NCBI GenBank assembly: GCA_034670305.1
Contig: JAXMNT010000073.1
Coordinates: forward strand, 1 to 28,322
Origin: Deltaproteobacteria bacterium
GTDB lineage: Bacteria; Myxococcota_A; Polyangia; Polyangiales; Houyiibacteriaceae
Direction of reading: 5' to 3'
DNA length: 28,322 bases
Under the pieces are notes generated by a model. The model was not told the DNA's origin and did no database searches. It was given only the letters and a program-made list of their open reading frames with translations. Below are positions 1-7,867 of this stretch, piece by piece (position 1 is the stretch's first letter; each line of letters begins with the position of its first letter). The translations under genes were made by a program, and so were the position numbers.

Positions 1-2
1 GC

Positions 3-164
3 ATCCGGATGCGCATCGAGACGATCTTCGGATGGCTCAAGAGCGTCGGGGGACTCAGGCGCACGCGGTATCGAGGCAGACGCAAGACACAGTTCGCCGC
101 CTACCTGGCCGGCGCCGCATACAACCTTCTACGCGTCGCGCGGCTGCGGAGCTGCGCCGCGTAG
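3..164 (+). CDS. IS5/IS1182-type DDE transposase, C-terminal fragment (5' part outside window)
   Basis: Manual translation IRMRIETIFGWLKSVGGLRRTRYRGRRKTQFAAYLAGAAYNLLRVARL...* matches the R-x-x-IE-x-x-FGW-x-K ... R-x-RG ... AAYNL C-terminal pattern of these transposases. TAG at 162-164. Not in the ORF track. Confidence 0.85.
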   Translation: MRMRIETIFGWLKSVGGLRRTRYRGRRKTQFAAYLAGAAYNLLRVARLRSCAA

Positions 165-285
165 CACCGACCGATGCCCGGCGGCTTCGTCCACTGGGCA
201 TCGCGCTCCGATTCGCGCCTCGCCGTCGCGAAACACACGGCGTCCACGACGCGGGCAAGGGCACGGGCAAGGGCAACGGCAAGGG

Positions 286-311
286 AGCAGGTCGCTTTTC
301 AGCGACCTGCT
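286..311. terminator. Perfect 11-bp hairpin AGCAGGTCGCT-TTTC-AGCGACCTGCT overlapping the IS end; possible terminator between convergent genes
   Basis: Inverted repeat read directly. There is no U-tract, so terminator function is uncertain. Confidence 0.35.
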
Positions 312-316
312 AGCAG

Positions 317-383
317 TCGGGGTTCGGCGTCGGCGGTCGGCTTCGGCTTCGGCGTCGGCATCGGGGTCGGCAAGAGGGTCGGC
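317..383 (+). repeat. Degenerate (TCGGCN)n hexamer tract
   Basis: tcggggttcggcgtcggcggtcggcttcggcttcggcgtcggcatcggggtcggc, lying between the IS end and the acyl-CoA dehydrogenase stop. Confidence 0.85.
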
Positions 384-386
384 CTC

Positions 387-1598
387 TCAACCCTGGCTAC
401 CGACCTCCAGCCCATACCCCTTGAGGATTCGCCGCGCGACCGCGGCTTTGTGCACTTCGTCTGGACCGTCGTAGATCCGGGCGCCGCGTTCGTGCCGCCA
501 GATGTGAGAGAGCGGTGTGTCCTCCGTGATGCCGAGCGCACCGTGGGTCTGAATCGCGCGGTCGAGCACCTTGCCGAGCACGCCGGCGACGAAGAACTTG
601 ATGCAGCTGATCTCGGTGCGGGCTTCGTAGAGGCCCTTCTGGTCGATGGTCCACGCCGCCTTCTGAACGTAGAGTCGGGCGGCGTCGATCTCGGCGCGGC
701 TCTCGGCGATCCACTGTTGCACCATCTGCTGGGTGCCGAGCGGTTTGCCCGGTTTGATCATCCGCGTCGCCGCGCGTCCGCACATGAGATCGAACGCGCG
801 TTCGCAGAGCCCGATCCAGCGCATGCAGTGGTGGATGCGGCCGGGCCCAAGCCGCATCTGCGCGATCACGAATCCCTGGTTCAGACCGCCGAGCAGGTTG
901 TCCTTCGGCACCCGGCACCCTTCGTAGGCGAGCTCCGAGTGGCTCATCCAGCCCTCCCCTTCGTCGCCCATGATCGGGATGCGGCGCACGTGCTTGAAGC
1001 CGGGGGAATCGGTCGGGACCAGGATCATCGAAGCGCGCATGTGGGGCGGCGCGTCCGGATCGGTAACCGCCATGACGATCGCGAAGTCCGCTCCGTCGGC
1101 CGCGGTCGTGAACCACTTCTTGCCGGTGATGACCCACTCGTCGCCCTCGAGCACGGCGGTGGTGTCCATCCAGGTCGGGTTGCTGCCCGCTCGGTCGGGC
1201 TCGGTCATCGAGAAGCAGCTTCGGATCTCTCCGGCGGCGAGTGGTTTCAGAAACCGCTCCTTCTGCGCCTCGGTCCCGTACTCGTGGAGGATCTCCATGT
1301 TGCCGGCGTCCGGCGCGGGGCAGCCAAAGACGAAATGACCGAGCATGCTGCGCCCCATCACCTCGCTCATCGCAGCGTGGTCGAGAAAGGGCAGCTCCAT
1401 GCCGCCGTAGGAGGCGGGCATCTGCGGCGCCCAGAGCCCTTCGCGTTTGCAGGCGTCGCGTGCGGCCCGGATCTCGGGGAGCGCCGCGTCGAAACCTTTG
1501 TCGCCCACCACCGCTTCGAGCGGGTAGACGTGTGCGTCCATGAACGCACGGGCGCGGGTGAGCAGGTCGGCGGTTCGATCGGAGTGGGCGAAGTCCAT
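387..1598 (-). CDS. Acyl-CoA dehydrogenase (ACAD10/11-like subgroup)
   Basis: Motifs APDAGNMEIL, FSMTEPD, GKKWFTT, RLGPGRIHHCMR, RIYDGPDEVH; GGAG RBS upstream. Confidence 0.95.
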   Translation of the reverse strand: MDFAHSDRTADLLTRARAFMDAHVYPLEAVVGDKGFDAALPEIRAARDACKREGLWAPQMPASYGGMELPFLDHAAMSEVMGRSMLGHFVFGCPAPDAGNMEILHEYGTEAQKERFLKPLAAGEIRSCFSMTEPDRAGSNPTWMDTTAVLEGDEWVITGKKWFTTAADGADFAIVMAVTDPDAPPHMRASMILVPTDSPGFKHVRRIPIMGDEGEGWMSHSELAYEGCRVPKDNLLGGLNQGFVIAQMRLGPGRIHHCMRWIGLCERAFDLMCGRAATRMIKPGKPLGTQQMVQQWIAESRAEIDAARLYVQKAAWTIDQKGLYEARTEISCIKFFVAGVLGKVLDRAIQTHGALGITEDTPLSHIWRHERGARIYDGPDEVHKAAVARRILKGYGLEVGSQG

Positions 1599-1660
1599 GA
1601 GCTTCTCCTACCACGACCGGCTCCCGTGCCGACACGGGCGTCGACCTCGGACCCGGGGAT

Positions 1661-2155
1661 CTAGCGGCTGAACTTCTTCCAGCTCTCGGGGAGTGGCTGG
1701 CCCAGCAGTCGTTCGGCGCCGTGTTCGTCCAGCACCACGAACTTGAAGGTGCCGGTGAAACACACGTCTTCGTTCTGCATCAGCTTCACCTCCACGCCGA
1801 CGATGCGGCCGCGGTCGTCGGCGATGCGTCCTTCGCCGATCACCTCGGTTCCGATGCGCACCGCCTGGCGGATCGCGCATTCGACCCGGCCGGTGAATCC
1901 GAACTTTCGTTTCATGCCGATGAGCGTCCACGAGGCGAGCTCGTCACCGAGCGTCATCACGAGGCCGCCGTGCATGATCCCCGGCGGCCCCTGGTAGCGC
2001 TCGCCGGGCGTGAACCGCGTGCGCACCACGTCGCCGTCGCGTTCGAACTGGAGCTGGAACCCGATGGGATGATCCGGGCCGCAACCGAAGCACGGCTGCC
2101 CTTCGCCCCAGAGGCTTCCGTCGAACCGCTCTACGTCTTGTTTCGTCTCGGTCAC
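1661..2155 (-). CDS. PaaI/hotdog-fold thioesterase
   Basis: CFGCGPDHPIG and YQGPPGIMHGGLVMTLGDE motifs. The GTG start overlaps the upstream TGA (GTGA 2152-2155); the real CDS is the C-terminal third of track ORF 1661..3145. Confidence 0.88.
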   Translation of the reverse strand: MTETKQDVERFDGSLWGEGQPCFGCGPDHPIGFQLQFERDGDVVRTRFTPGERYQGPPGIMHGGLVMTLGDELASWTLIGMKRKFGFTGRVECAIRQAVRIGTEVIGEGRIADDRGRIVGVEVKLMQNEDVCFTGTFKFVVLDEHGAERLLGQPLPESWKKFSR

Positions 2156-3213
2156 GCGTCGATCTCCACGAGTTGGCACGCGATGCGCGCGAGGTGTCCG
2201 ACCGCGGCGCCGAACATGGACGCGTTCGCGTTCGAGGCGTTGCCCTGAAGGCTGCGCTTGAAGACGCCCTGCGCGATCGCCGCGAGCCGAAACAGACTGA
2301 ACGCTTTGTAGTAGGGCCAGTCGCCTTCGGGCGCGATGCCGCCGTGTGCGACGTAGCGCGCGATGAACTCGGCTTCGGTGGGAATGCCGGTCGCCTCGAA
2401 GTCGATGCCGAGCAGCCCGCCCACGTTCGGCAGCGCCACGTCGTAGAGCATGCAGGTGTACGCGAGATCGGCGAGCGGGTGGCCAAGGGTGCTCAGCTCC
2501 CAGTCGATGACGGCCAGGCAGCGCGGCTCGGTCGGGTGGAAGATCAGGTTGTCGAGCCGGAAGTCGCCGTGCGCGATCGTGGTGCGATCGTCCTTGGGCA
2601 AGTGGGCTGGCAAGTACGCGATGAGCGCGTCCATGTACGCCGCGCTGCCTTCCGCGTTCTCGTCCGCGCGCGACGCATCGTACTGCTTGGTCCAGCGCGC
2701 GACCTGTCGCTCGACGTAGCCACCCTTGCGGCCAAAGCCTTCCAGCCCGACCGCGTCCGGATCGACCGCGTGCAACGCCGCGAGGACGCGGGCGAGTTCT
2801 TCGTAGATCGCGGTTCGTTCCTCTGCGGCCAGGTCTGGCAACTGCACGTTCCAGAAGATGCGACCGGCCAGATGCTCCATCACGAAGAACGGCGTGCCGA
2901 TGACATCCGCGTCTTCGCAGAGCGCGAGCATCTTCGCAGTCGGCACGGCCGTGGGTGCAAGCGCGCTCATGATCTGGAACTCGCGTTCCACCATGTGCGC
3001 CTTGTTGAGCAACACCCCCGGCGGCTTCTTGCGCAGCACCGTCGCGCGCGTGCCGTCGTGGATCCAGAACGTCGGGTTCGACTGCCCGCCCTTGAACTGA
3101 CGCACCGTCAGGCCATCGTGTGCACCGATCGCGCCGGACCACCATCGCCCCAGCGCCTCGACGTCGAAGCGGTGGTTCTCGCGCACCTCCCGGGTGCTCT
3201 CAGGAAACTCCAT
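2152..3213 (-). CDS. APH-family phosphotransferase (ACAD10/11 N-terminal kinase-like)
   Basis: FKGGQSNPTF, VLRKKPPG, HGDFRLDNLIF, IDWELSTLGHPLADLAY; start taken at MEFPES (3213). Confidence 0.93.
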   Translation of the reverse strand: MEFPESTREVRENHRFDVEALGRWWSGAIGAHDGLTVRQFKGGQSNPTFWIHDGTRATVLRKKPPGVLLNKAHMVEREFQIMSALAPTAVPTAKMLALCEDADVIGTPFFVMEHLAGRIFWNVQLPDLAAEERTAIYEELARVLAALHAVDPDAVGLEGFGRKGGYVERQVARWTKQYDASRADENAEGSAAYMDALIAYLPAHLPKDDRTTIAHGDFRLDNLIFHPTEPRCLAVIDWELSTLGHPLADLAYTCMLYDVALPNVGGLLGIDFEATGIPTEAEFIARYVAHGGIAPEGDWPYYKAFSLFRLAAIAQGVFKRSLQGNASNANASMFGAAVGHLARIACQLVEIDA

Positions 3214-3255
3214 GCGCGGGACCTTGCCCCGAAACCGGCGCCGTTTCCAACCACA

Positions 3256-3346
3256 GCGCCCGGCGCCCGGCGCCCGGGCGCCCCTTGCCCTTGCCCTTGC
3301 CCTTGCCCCTGCCCTTGGTGGCTTGATCACCGAAGCCGATCCCGAA
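3256..3346 (-). repeat. Composite intergenic element copy 1: short TCGGC tract, TCGGCTTCGGTGATCAAGCCACC core, (GGGCAR)5, then a 7-mer x3
   Basis: Plus strand shows (GCGCCCG)3 at 3256-3276, cccc(ttgccc)4ctgccc at 3281-3314 and ggtggcttgatcaccgaagccga at 3317-3339. Confidence 0.85.
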
Positions 3347-3389
3347 CGCGGATCCGACAGCCACGCGCGCGGAGCGAGCCCTTGCCCGA

Positions 3390-3686
3390 TCAGGAAGCGC
3401 TGAAGTTCCAGGCTTTGCGGACTTCGACGCGCGGGATGAGGTAGTCGTCGACGAGCGCACGGTGGGTTGGGTCGCCGTTGTAGACGTGCACTGCGGCCAA
3501 GTCGGCGAACCGGACGACGAGCGAAAGATCCCACGACCCGAGCGTCGCTTCGTCCGCCGGCACCCCCACCCGGACATCCACCACCATCGGCAACGACGCC
3601 AGCACTTCGTGCGCATGCGTCGCGATCGTCTCTCGCTCCGCCACGAACTCGGCCTTGAGTTTAAAGAGCACGATCCGGTCGATCAT
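3390..3686 (-). CDS. Dabb family (stress-responsive A/B barrel) protein
   Basis: [11 protein letters not shown] ... [28 protein letters not shown]; 98 aa; C-terminal part of track ORF 3390..4292. Confidence 0.88.
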   Translation of the reverse strand: MIDRIVLFKLKAEFVAERETIATHAHEVLASLPMVVDVRVGVPADEATLGSWDLSLVVRFADLAAVHVYNGDPTHRALVDDYLIPRVEVRKAWNFSAS

Positions 3687-3750
3687 GCCGTTCGTCCTAG
3701 CACAGAGATCGGCGTCGGGGAGTTCGACGCTGCCCGGGTGGCTGTTGCGA

Positions 3751-4033
3751 TCGGACTCGGCTTCGGTTTCGGCGTCGGGATCGGCTTCGGCTTCGGCGTC
3801 GGCGTCGGCTTCGGCGTCGGCTTCGGCTTCGGCTTCGGGTTCGGCTTCGGCGTCGGATTCGGGGATCGGCTTCGGCGTCGGTTTCGGGGATCGGCTTCGG
3901 GGATCGGCTTCGGTTCGGCGTTGGCTTCGTGATCGAACCACCAAGGGCAGGGGCAGGGGCAGGGGCAAGGGCAAGGGGACACGGGGCCAGAGGGCCAGGG
4001 GGCAAGGGACACCGGGGGGCACTGGGCAAGGGC
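3751..4033 (+). repeat. Composite intergenic element copy 2: ~170-bp (TCGGCN)n tract, variant core GGCTTCGTGATCGAACCACC, (GGGCAR)n and G-rich tail
   Basis: Hexamer tract 3751-3920, core 3923-3942, GGGCAG/GGGCAA units 3945-3978, degenerate G-runs up to the stop at 4034. Confidence 0.88.
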
Positions 4034-4489
4034 CTACGGCGGAAGTTGTTCGGTCCACCCCATCTCCATGCAGCCCCACCAACCGATCAGAATCGCTTCG
4101 GCGGCGTCGTGTTTCAGGGAGGTCGGTCTCGGTGCGTCGCTCGCTTCGATGATGCGGCGCGCAACTTCTCCGGCGGCGGCTTTCGCGTCCACGCCTGAGC
4201 GCTGCTCGCGATCGAGCAACAAGCGGCGCCGCCAGGTGTGCGCTTGGATCACGAAGGTGCGCGCGCCTCTTCGCTCGGCGACTTTGGTCCACGCCCGCGC
4301 GAGCAACGCGTCGCCTTCGAGCACGACGGCGGCGAGCTCGCCGATCTCGGACAGCTCGCCGTACGCGCCGCGTTTGAGCCGCGCGAATGAGCCGTAGTTC
4401 TGCGAGCGGTAGCGCACGAGTGCACCCGCGTCGTCGTAGACGGCGAGGCCGGTCTTGAGACCGAGGTCGACGGCGAGCAGGTGGGGCAT
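4034..4489 (-). CDS. Uncharacterised RNase H-like / RuvC-fold protein
   Basis: LLAVDLGLKTGLAV (first Asp), VVLEG (Glu), W-R-R after the central strand and HDAAEAILIG near the C-terminus parallel the RuvC D/E/DxxD catalytic layout; 151 aa. Confidence 0.65.
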   Translation of the reverse strand: MPHLLAVDLGLKTGLAVYDDAGALVRYRSQNYGSFARLKRGAYGELSEIGELAAVVLEGDALLARAWTKVAERRGARTFVIQAHTWRRRLLLDREQRSGVDAKAAAGEVARRIIEASDAPRPTSLKHDAAEAILIGWWGCMEMGWTEQLPP

Positions 4490-4544
4490 CGGTTGGAGTG
4501 TGGGTCGGGCGACGGGTTTCACAACACCTGAACGCGTGGCGGTT

Positions 4545-4756
4545 CCGATGCCGATGCCGATGCCGATGCCGATGCCGATGCCGACGCCGATCCCGACCCC
4601 GAAGCCGAAGCCGAAGCCGAAGCCGATGCCGATGCCGATGCCGATGCCGATGCCGATGCCGATGCCGATGCCGATGCCGATCCCGATCCCGATGCCGATG
4701 CCGGACGCCGATGCCGAAGCCGAAGCCGAAGCCGATGCCGATCCCGGACGCCGATC
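4545..4756 (-). repeat. ~210-bp (CCGATG/CCGAAG)n hexamer tract, i.e. the TCGGCN repeat on the minus strand
   Basis: Near-perfect tandem ccgatg with ccgaag blocks; abuts the stop of the SRPBCC gene. Confidence 0.95.
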
Positions 4757-5233
4757 CTATTCGGCGAGTCGGGTGAGGAACGCTGCGTGGTTCTTGCGGA
4801 CGGCGGCGCGGAACATCTGGCTCGTGGCGCGCAGCACGGGCCAGTAGATTGGGCTTCGGCCGTCGAAGACGAACGTGCGGGTGAGCTTGGTGGCGCTGCC
4901 GACGGCGGTGAACCGCGCCTCCTCTTCGATGCCGCGCACGAGGTGCCGGAAGGCCGACGAGATCTGGTCGATCTTCAGAACGTAGACCTCACCCCGATCC
5001 GCGCGCACGACATGTTCTCGGTGGGTGCTCCCGTCCGAGTTGTGGACCCGGCCGTACGCGCCGAGGCTGGCCGCTTCGCCGGACTCCCAGACCACTTCGC
5101 GGATCCCGGGGATGGGGCCCCAGCCGGTGAAGAGGCGGTAGGCCTCCGGGGTGATGAAGAAGTCGTAGGCGGCTTCCGGTTCGAGCGGCAGGACGACGTG
5201 TTCGCGGACCGTGATCTTCACCGGGCTGAGCAT
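4757..5233 (-). CDS. SRPBCC / polyketide cyclase-like (START fold) protein
   Basis: PEAAYDFF..., FTGWGPIPGIREV, HNSDGSTHREHV, TKLTRTFVF and a C-terminal helix; size typical. Start could be at 5251. Confidence 0.8.
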   Translation of the reverse strand: MLSPVKITVREHVVLPLEPEAAYDFFITPEAYRLFTGWGPIPGIREVVWESGEAASLGAYGRVHNSDGSTHREHVVRADRGEVYVLKIDQISSAFRHLVRGIEEEARFTAVGSATKLTRTFVFDGRSPIYWPVLRATSQMFRAAVRKNHAAFLTRLAE

Positions 5234-5332
5234 ACCCGAGCCGCGCTCCACCGCGCTCCGCCCAACTCCGCCTAGACGCGCTCTGCGTGGCCTTGTGGCT
5301 CGCGGCCCTGCCAGACACGACTTCCAGCGACG

Positions 5333-5911
5333 CTACTCCGCCAAGCACGCCTCCGGGGGCATGGTCGCGTCGGAGCCCACGCAGACTTCGCGCTCGGCGA
5401 ACGCGAGGCGTGTGCCGGCCGAGTCGGTGATCTCCACTTGGGCGAGTGCGGGGCCCGGCACGAGGTCGCCGTCCGGAAAGATCACTCGAAGGCCCCGGCG
5501 GATGCACACGTCGAACTCGTCCTCGAACAAGGCGCGCGCCCGGCGCGTCGTCTCGCCGAGCACTTCGGTGCCGGACATCAACCGGACCAACACGATGTCT
5601 TCGGGGCCGACCTGGTTCACGTACGCATCGAGCAGTTCGACGTGCACGGTCGACGCGCCCTGCCCCATCGCCGAAGTGCCCACCTCCGCGAAGTCGCCCT
5701 CGAAGAAGAGTACGGGTTCGAGGCCGACGTGGCAGCGGTCGGGAATGGGTGCGGGCGCGGGCTCGAGTGGGCCGCAGATCACGCCGAGCGAACAGACGAG
5801 GCCGACGCTGAGCAGCAGCCTCTGCGGGAGGGCCGGAACGTGGCCTTTGCGCGGGACGCCTGTGCGAGGGAGGCCGGTGGGCGGGAGGCCGGTGGGCGGG
5901 AGGCGGCTCAT
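5333..5911 (-). CDS. Hypothetical exported/membrane-anchored protein
   Basis: ATG preceded by GAGAGG; N-terminal LPPTG repeats, a hydrophobic stretch LLLSVGLVCSLGVIC, several Cys; GC3-rich codons. Confidence 0.6.
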   Translation of the reverse strand: MSRLPPTGLPPTGLPRTGVPRKGHVPALPQRLLLSVGLVCSLGVICGPLEPAPAPIPDRCHVGLEPVLFFEGDFAEVGTSAMGQGASTVHVELLDAYVNQVGPEDIVLVRLMSGTEVLGETTRRARALFEDEFDVCIRRGLRVIFPDGDLVPGPALAQVEITDSAGTRLAFAEREVCVGSDATMPPEACLAE

Positions 5912-5929
5912 CCCGTCAACCTCTCAGCA

Positions 5930-6580
5930 TCAGCCGACTTCGTCGAGCCAGGCTTCGCAGTGCCCAATCGCGTCCGACGCACCGTCGAAGCTTCGGGTCT
6001 CGTCGAGGCCGGCGGGGCGGAAGTCGTCGAGAAGGGGCTCGAAGGAATCGCTGCTCGATTCGAAAGAGTCGCTCGGTGGTCCGAACGAGTCGCTCGCGGG
6101 CGTACCGGTCTCTGGAACAAAGACCGCGGGGACCCGCACGGTCGCGTCGGGCGACGGAGCAGACCGATCAGACGCAAGGTGTACTGGCTGGCGACCGGTG
6201 TCGTCCTCGGTCCACTTCGGGGTCACGACCGCGACCACCTCGCCGTCCGGTCCGAGTGCTGGCAAGTCCATGCGGGTCGGTCCACACGTGAACGTCAGGA
6301 TGTGGCGGGCTTCGTCCGGTTCGGCAGGGCGAATGACCCGCAGACGGCCGGTCGTGAGTTCGATGGCCGGAAAGCAGAGGGCGGAGCCGACGCGGCGACC
6401 GAGCGGCTGCCGGCGAAGGGTGCGGCCCCGGTCGCGGCTGAGCATGTACGGCACCTGTCGGCCGATGGCTGGATGGTCTCCGACCCAGGTCTTCGTGCGG
6501 CGATCCCGGACGGCCACACAGAGCGATCCCCCGAGAAAGTACTCGGTGTTGCGGGTCGCGTAGACGGTCAACTGGCTCAT
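5930..6580 (-). CDS. Hypothetical protein with TRNTEY...CVAVRDRR N-terminal domain and acidic tail
   Basis: Start at MSQLTVYATRNTEY with AGGA RBS; the motif is recalled from uncharacterised myxobacterial proteins; SDSF repeats in the tail. Confidence 0.65.
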   Translation of the reverse strand: MSQLTVYATRNTEYFLGGSLCVAVRDRRTKTWVGDHPAIGRQVPYMLSRDRGRTLRRQPLGRRVGSALCFPAIELTTGRLRVIRPAEPDEARHILTFTCGPTRMDLPALGPDGEVVAVVTPKWTEDDTGRQPVHLASDRSAPSPDATVRVPAVFVPETGTPASDSFGPPSDSFESSSDSFEPLLDDFRPAGLDETRSFDGASDAIGHCEAWLDEVG

Positions 6581-6777
6581 CTGGGTCGTCCTACGAGCAA
6601 GGACCGTTCCGCCTTCCCCCAGACGTCGATCTTTCGAGAACCTGGTGCAAGGAAGGTCACAGGTGGGGCGCAGAGACCCCACGGTGGCACACCTTGCGTG
6701 GGGTCTGTGGGCACGAGGGGCGACTGGAGTCGCCAGGCGGCCGTTCCGCGTCAAGACGCGTCGTATATCCTCGGTGC

Positions 6778-7854
6778 ATGTTGCGACTTCTCTGGCGGGC
6801 CGCGCCCTTGCTCTGGGCGCGCTGGAAACGGAAGGCAGCCGTGGTGGTTGGGCTGCTCGTGCTCGGGGTCTGGGCATGGCCGACCGAGCGCGGTTCCGAA
6901 CCCGATTCCGCGGCCGAGGCCCGGGAGCACGCAACCGCGGTCGGAACCCGGGTGGAAGAGCTCGGGGTGCTGCCGCGGGTCTCCCACTCGTGGGTGGGTG
7001 GACTCGCGGCCGCCAACGAAGCCGACGGCCGGGCCGAAGTGTATGTCCACTGGGAGGCCACGAAAGAGTTCGACGACGAGGACTACTTCATGGACGCAGG
7101 GCTCACGCGGTTCGACGGCAACGGCGCCACCCGACTCGAGCGCTACACCCGAGCCGGCGCAGGCCTCGCCATCGCGGGGGACCGGCTGTTTGGATCCTCG
7201 CCGACAGGTGTGTTCGAGATGGCGCGGCCGGATGGGCCGCGGGAGATCGTAGAGCCGACCGCGGGGCTGCTCGGCACCTGGCGGGGTGGCTTGGTGTTGG
7301 TCCGAGACCGGGCCGTGCTGGTCCGTTCGCCAGACGGGGTGGTTCGCGAGGTCGCGCAGTTGGCCATATCAAGGTCCGCCTGCGTCTGCGGAGACGCGCT
7401 CTTCGGGTTCGCCAGTTTCGCCCCGACCACGCTCGCGCGCGTAGACCTGCGGTCGGGCGCACAGCGCGAAGTCGCCCAGCTTCCACCCGGTATCCAGTAC
7501 GGAGCAGGCATGGTGTGCGCACGCCCAGGCCTCATCTACGCATTCGCCCTCGAAGGCGGTGCCGCCCACCAAAGCCACCTCATCCGGATCGAAGCAGGCC
7601 GCGCCCACGTGGTGTCGTCGTCGAGAGAGCGACCGCGACCCATCGCCGCCAACCCGAACTGGGTGTTCGTGCAGCGTGGCTTCACCGGCAACGGGATCAT
7701 CGAACGCATCGACCACGACGGCCGAGGGGCGCCGTTCGTCACCGGGCAGGGCCACGTCCTCCGCGCGGTGGCGACGGACCGACACCTGGTGTGGGTGGGC
7801 GGCGGACGGGCCACAGAACGAACCCAGTACGTCCGGCGCGCCGCGCTGCAGTAG
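6778..7854 (+). CDS. Hypothetical membrane-anchored protein, possibly a beta-propeller
   Basis: N-terminal TM (AAVVVGLLVLGVWAW) followed by repeated short beta-strand units (GLAIAGDRLF, PIAANPNWVF, AVATDRHLVW). Confidence 0.65.
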   Translation: MLRLLWRAAPLLWARWKRKAAVVVGLLVLGVWAWPTERGSEPDSAAEAREHATAVGTRVEELGVLPRVSHSWVGGLAAANEADGRAEVYVHWEATKEFDDEDYFMDAGLTRFDGNGATRLERYTRAGAGLAIAGDRLFGSSPTGVFEMARPDGPREIVEPTAGLLGTWRGGLVLVRDRAVLVRSPDGVVREVAQLAISRSACVCGDALFGFASFAPTTLARVDLRSGAQREVAQLPPGIQYGAGMVCARPGLIYAFALEGGAAHQSHLIRIEAGRAHVVSSSRERPRPIAANPNWVFVQRGFTGNGIIERIDHDGRGAPFVTGQGHVLRAVATDRHLVWVGGGRATERTQYVRRAALQ

Positions 7855-7867
7855 GCACGAGGGCGCG

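Larger units (their letters stand above)
1..313 (+). mobile_element. Right end of IS5/IS1182-type insertion sequence
   Basis: The transposase 3' end is followed by TTTTCAGCGACCTG-CTAG (296-313), the typical terminal inverted repeat plus CTAG target seen with this transposase group. Confidence 0.7.

Noticed and set aside
4034-4489. Calling this gene ruvC, yqgF or tnpB
   Set aside because: Only the fold-level acidic pattern matches; it lacks ruvAB context and family-specific motifs and is far too short for TnpB.
3462-4847. ORFs encoding poly-SA, GF, PK, MP or RC dipeptides (also 27331-28231)
   Set aside because: These are stop-free readings of the hexamer tracts, open in several frames at once, with no RBS or domain content.
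6685-6697. TGGCAC-ACC-TTGC as a sigma54 promoter
   Set aside because: GG-to-GC spacing is 8 nt rather than the required 10.
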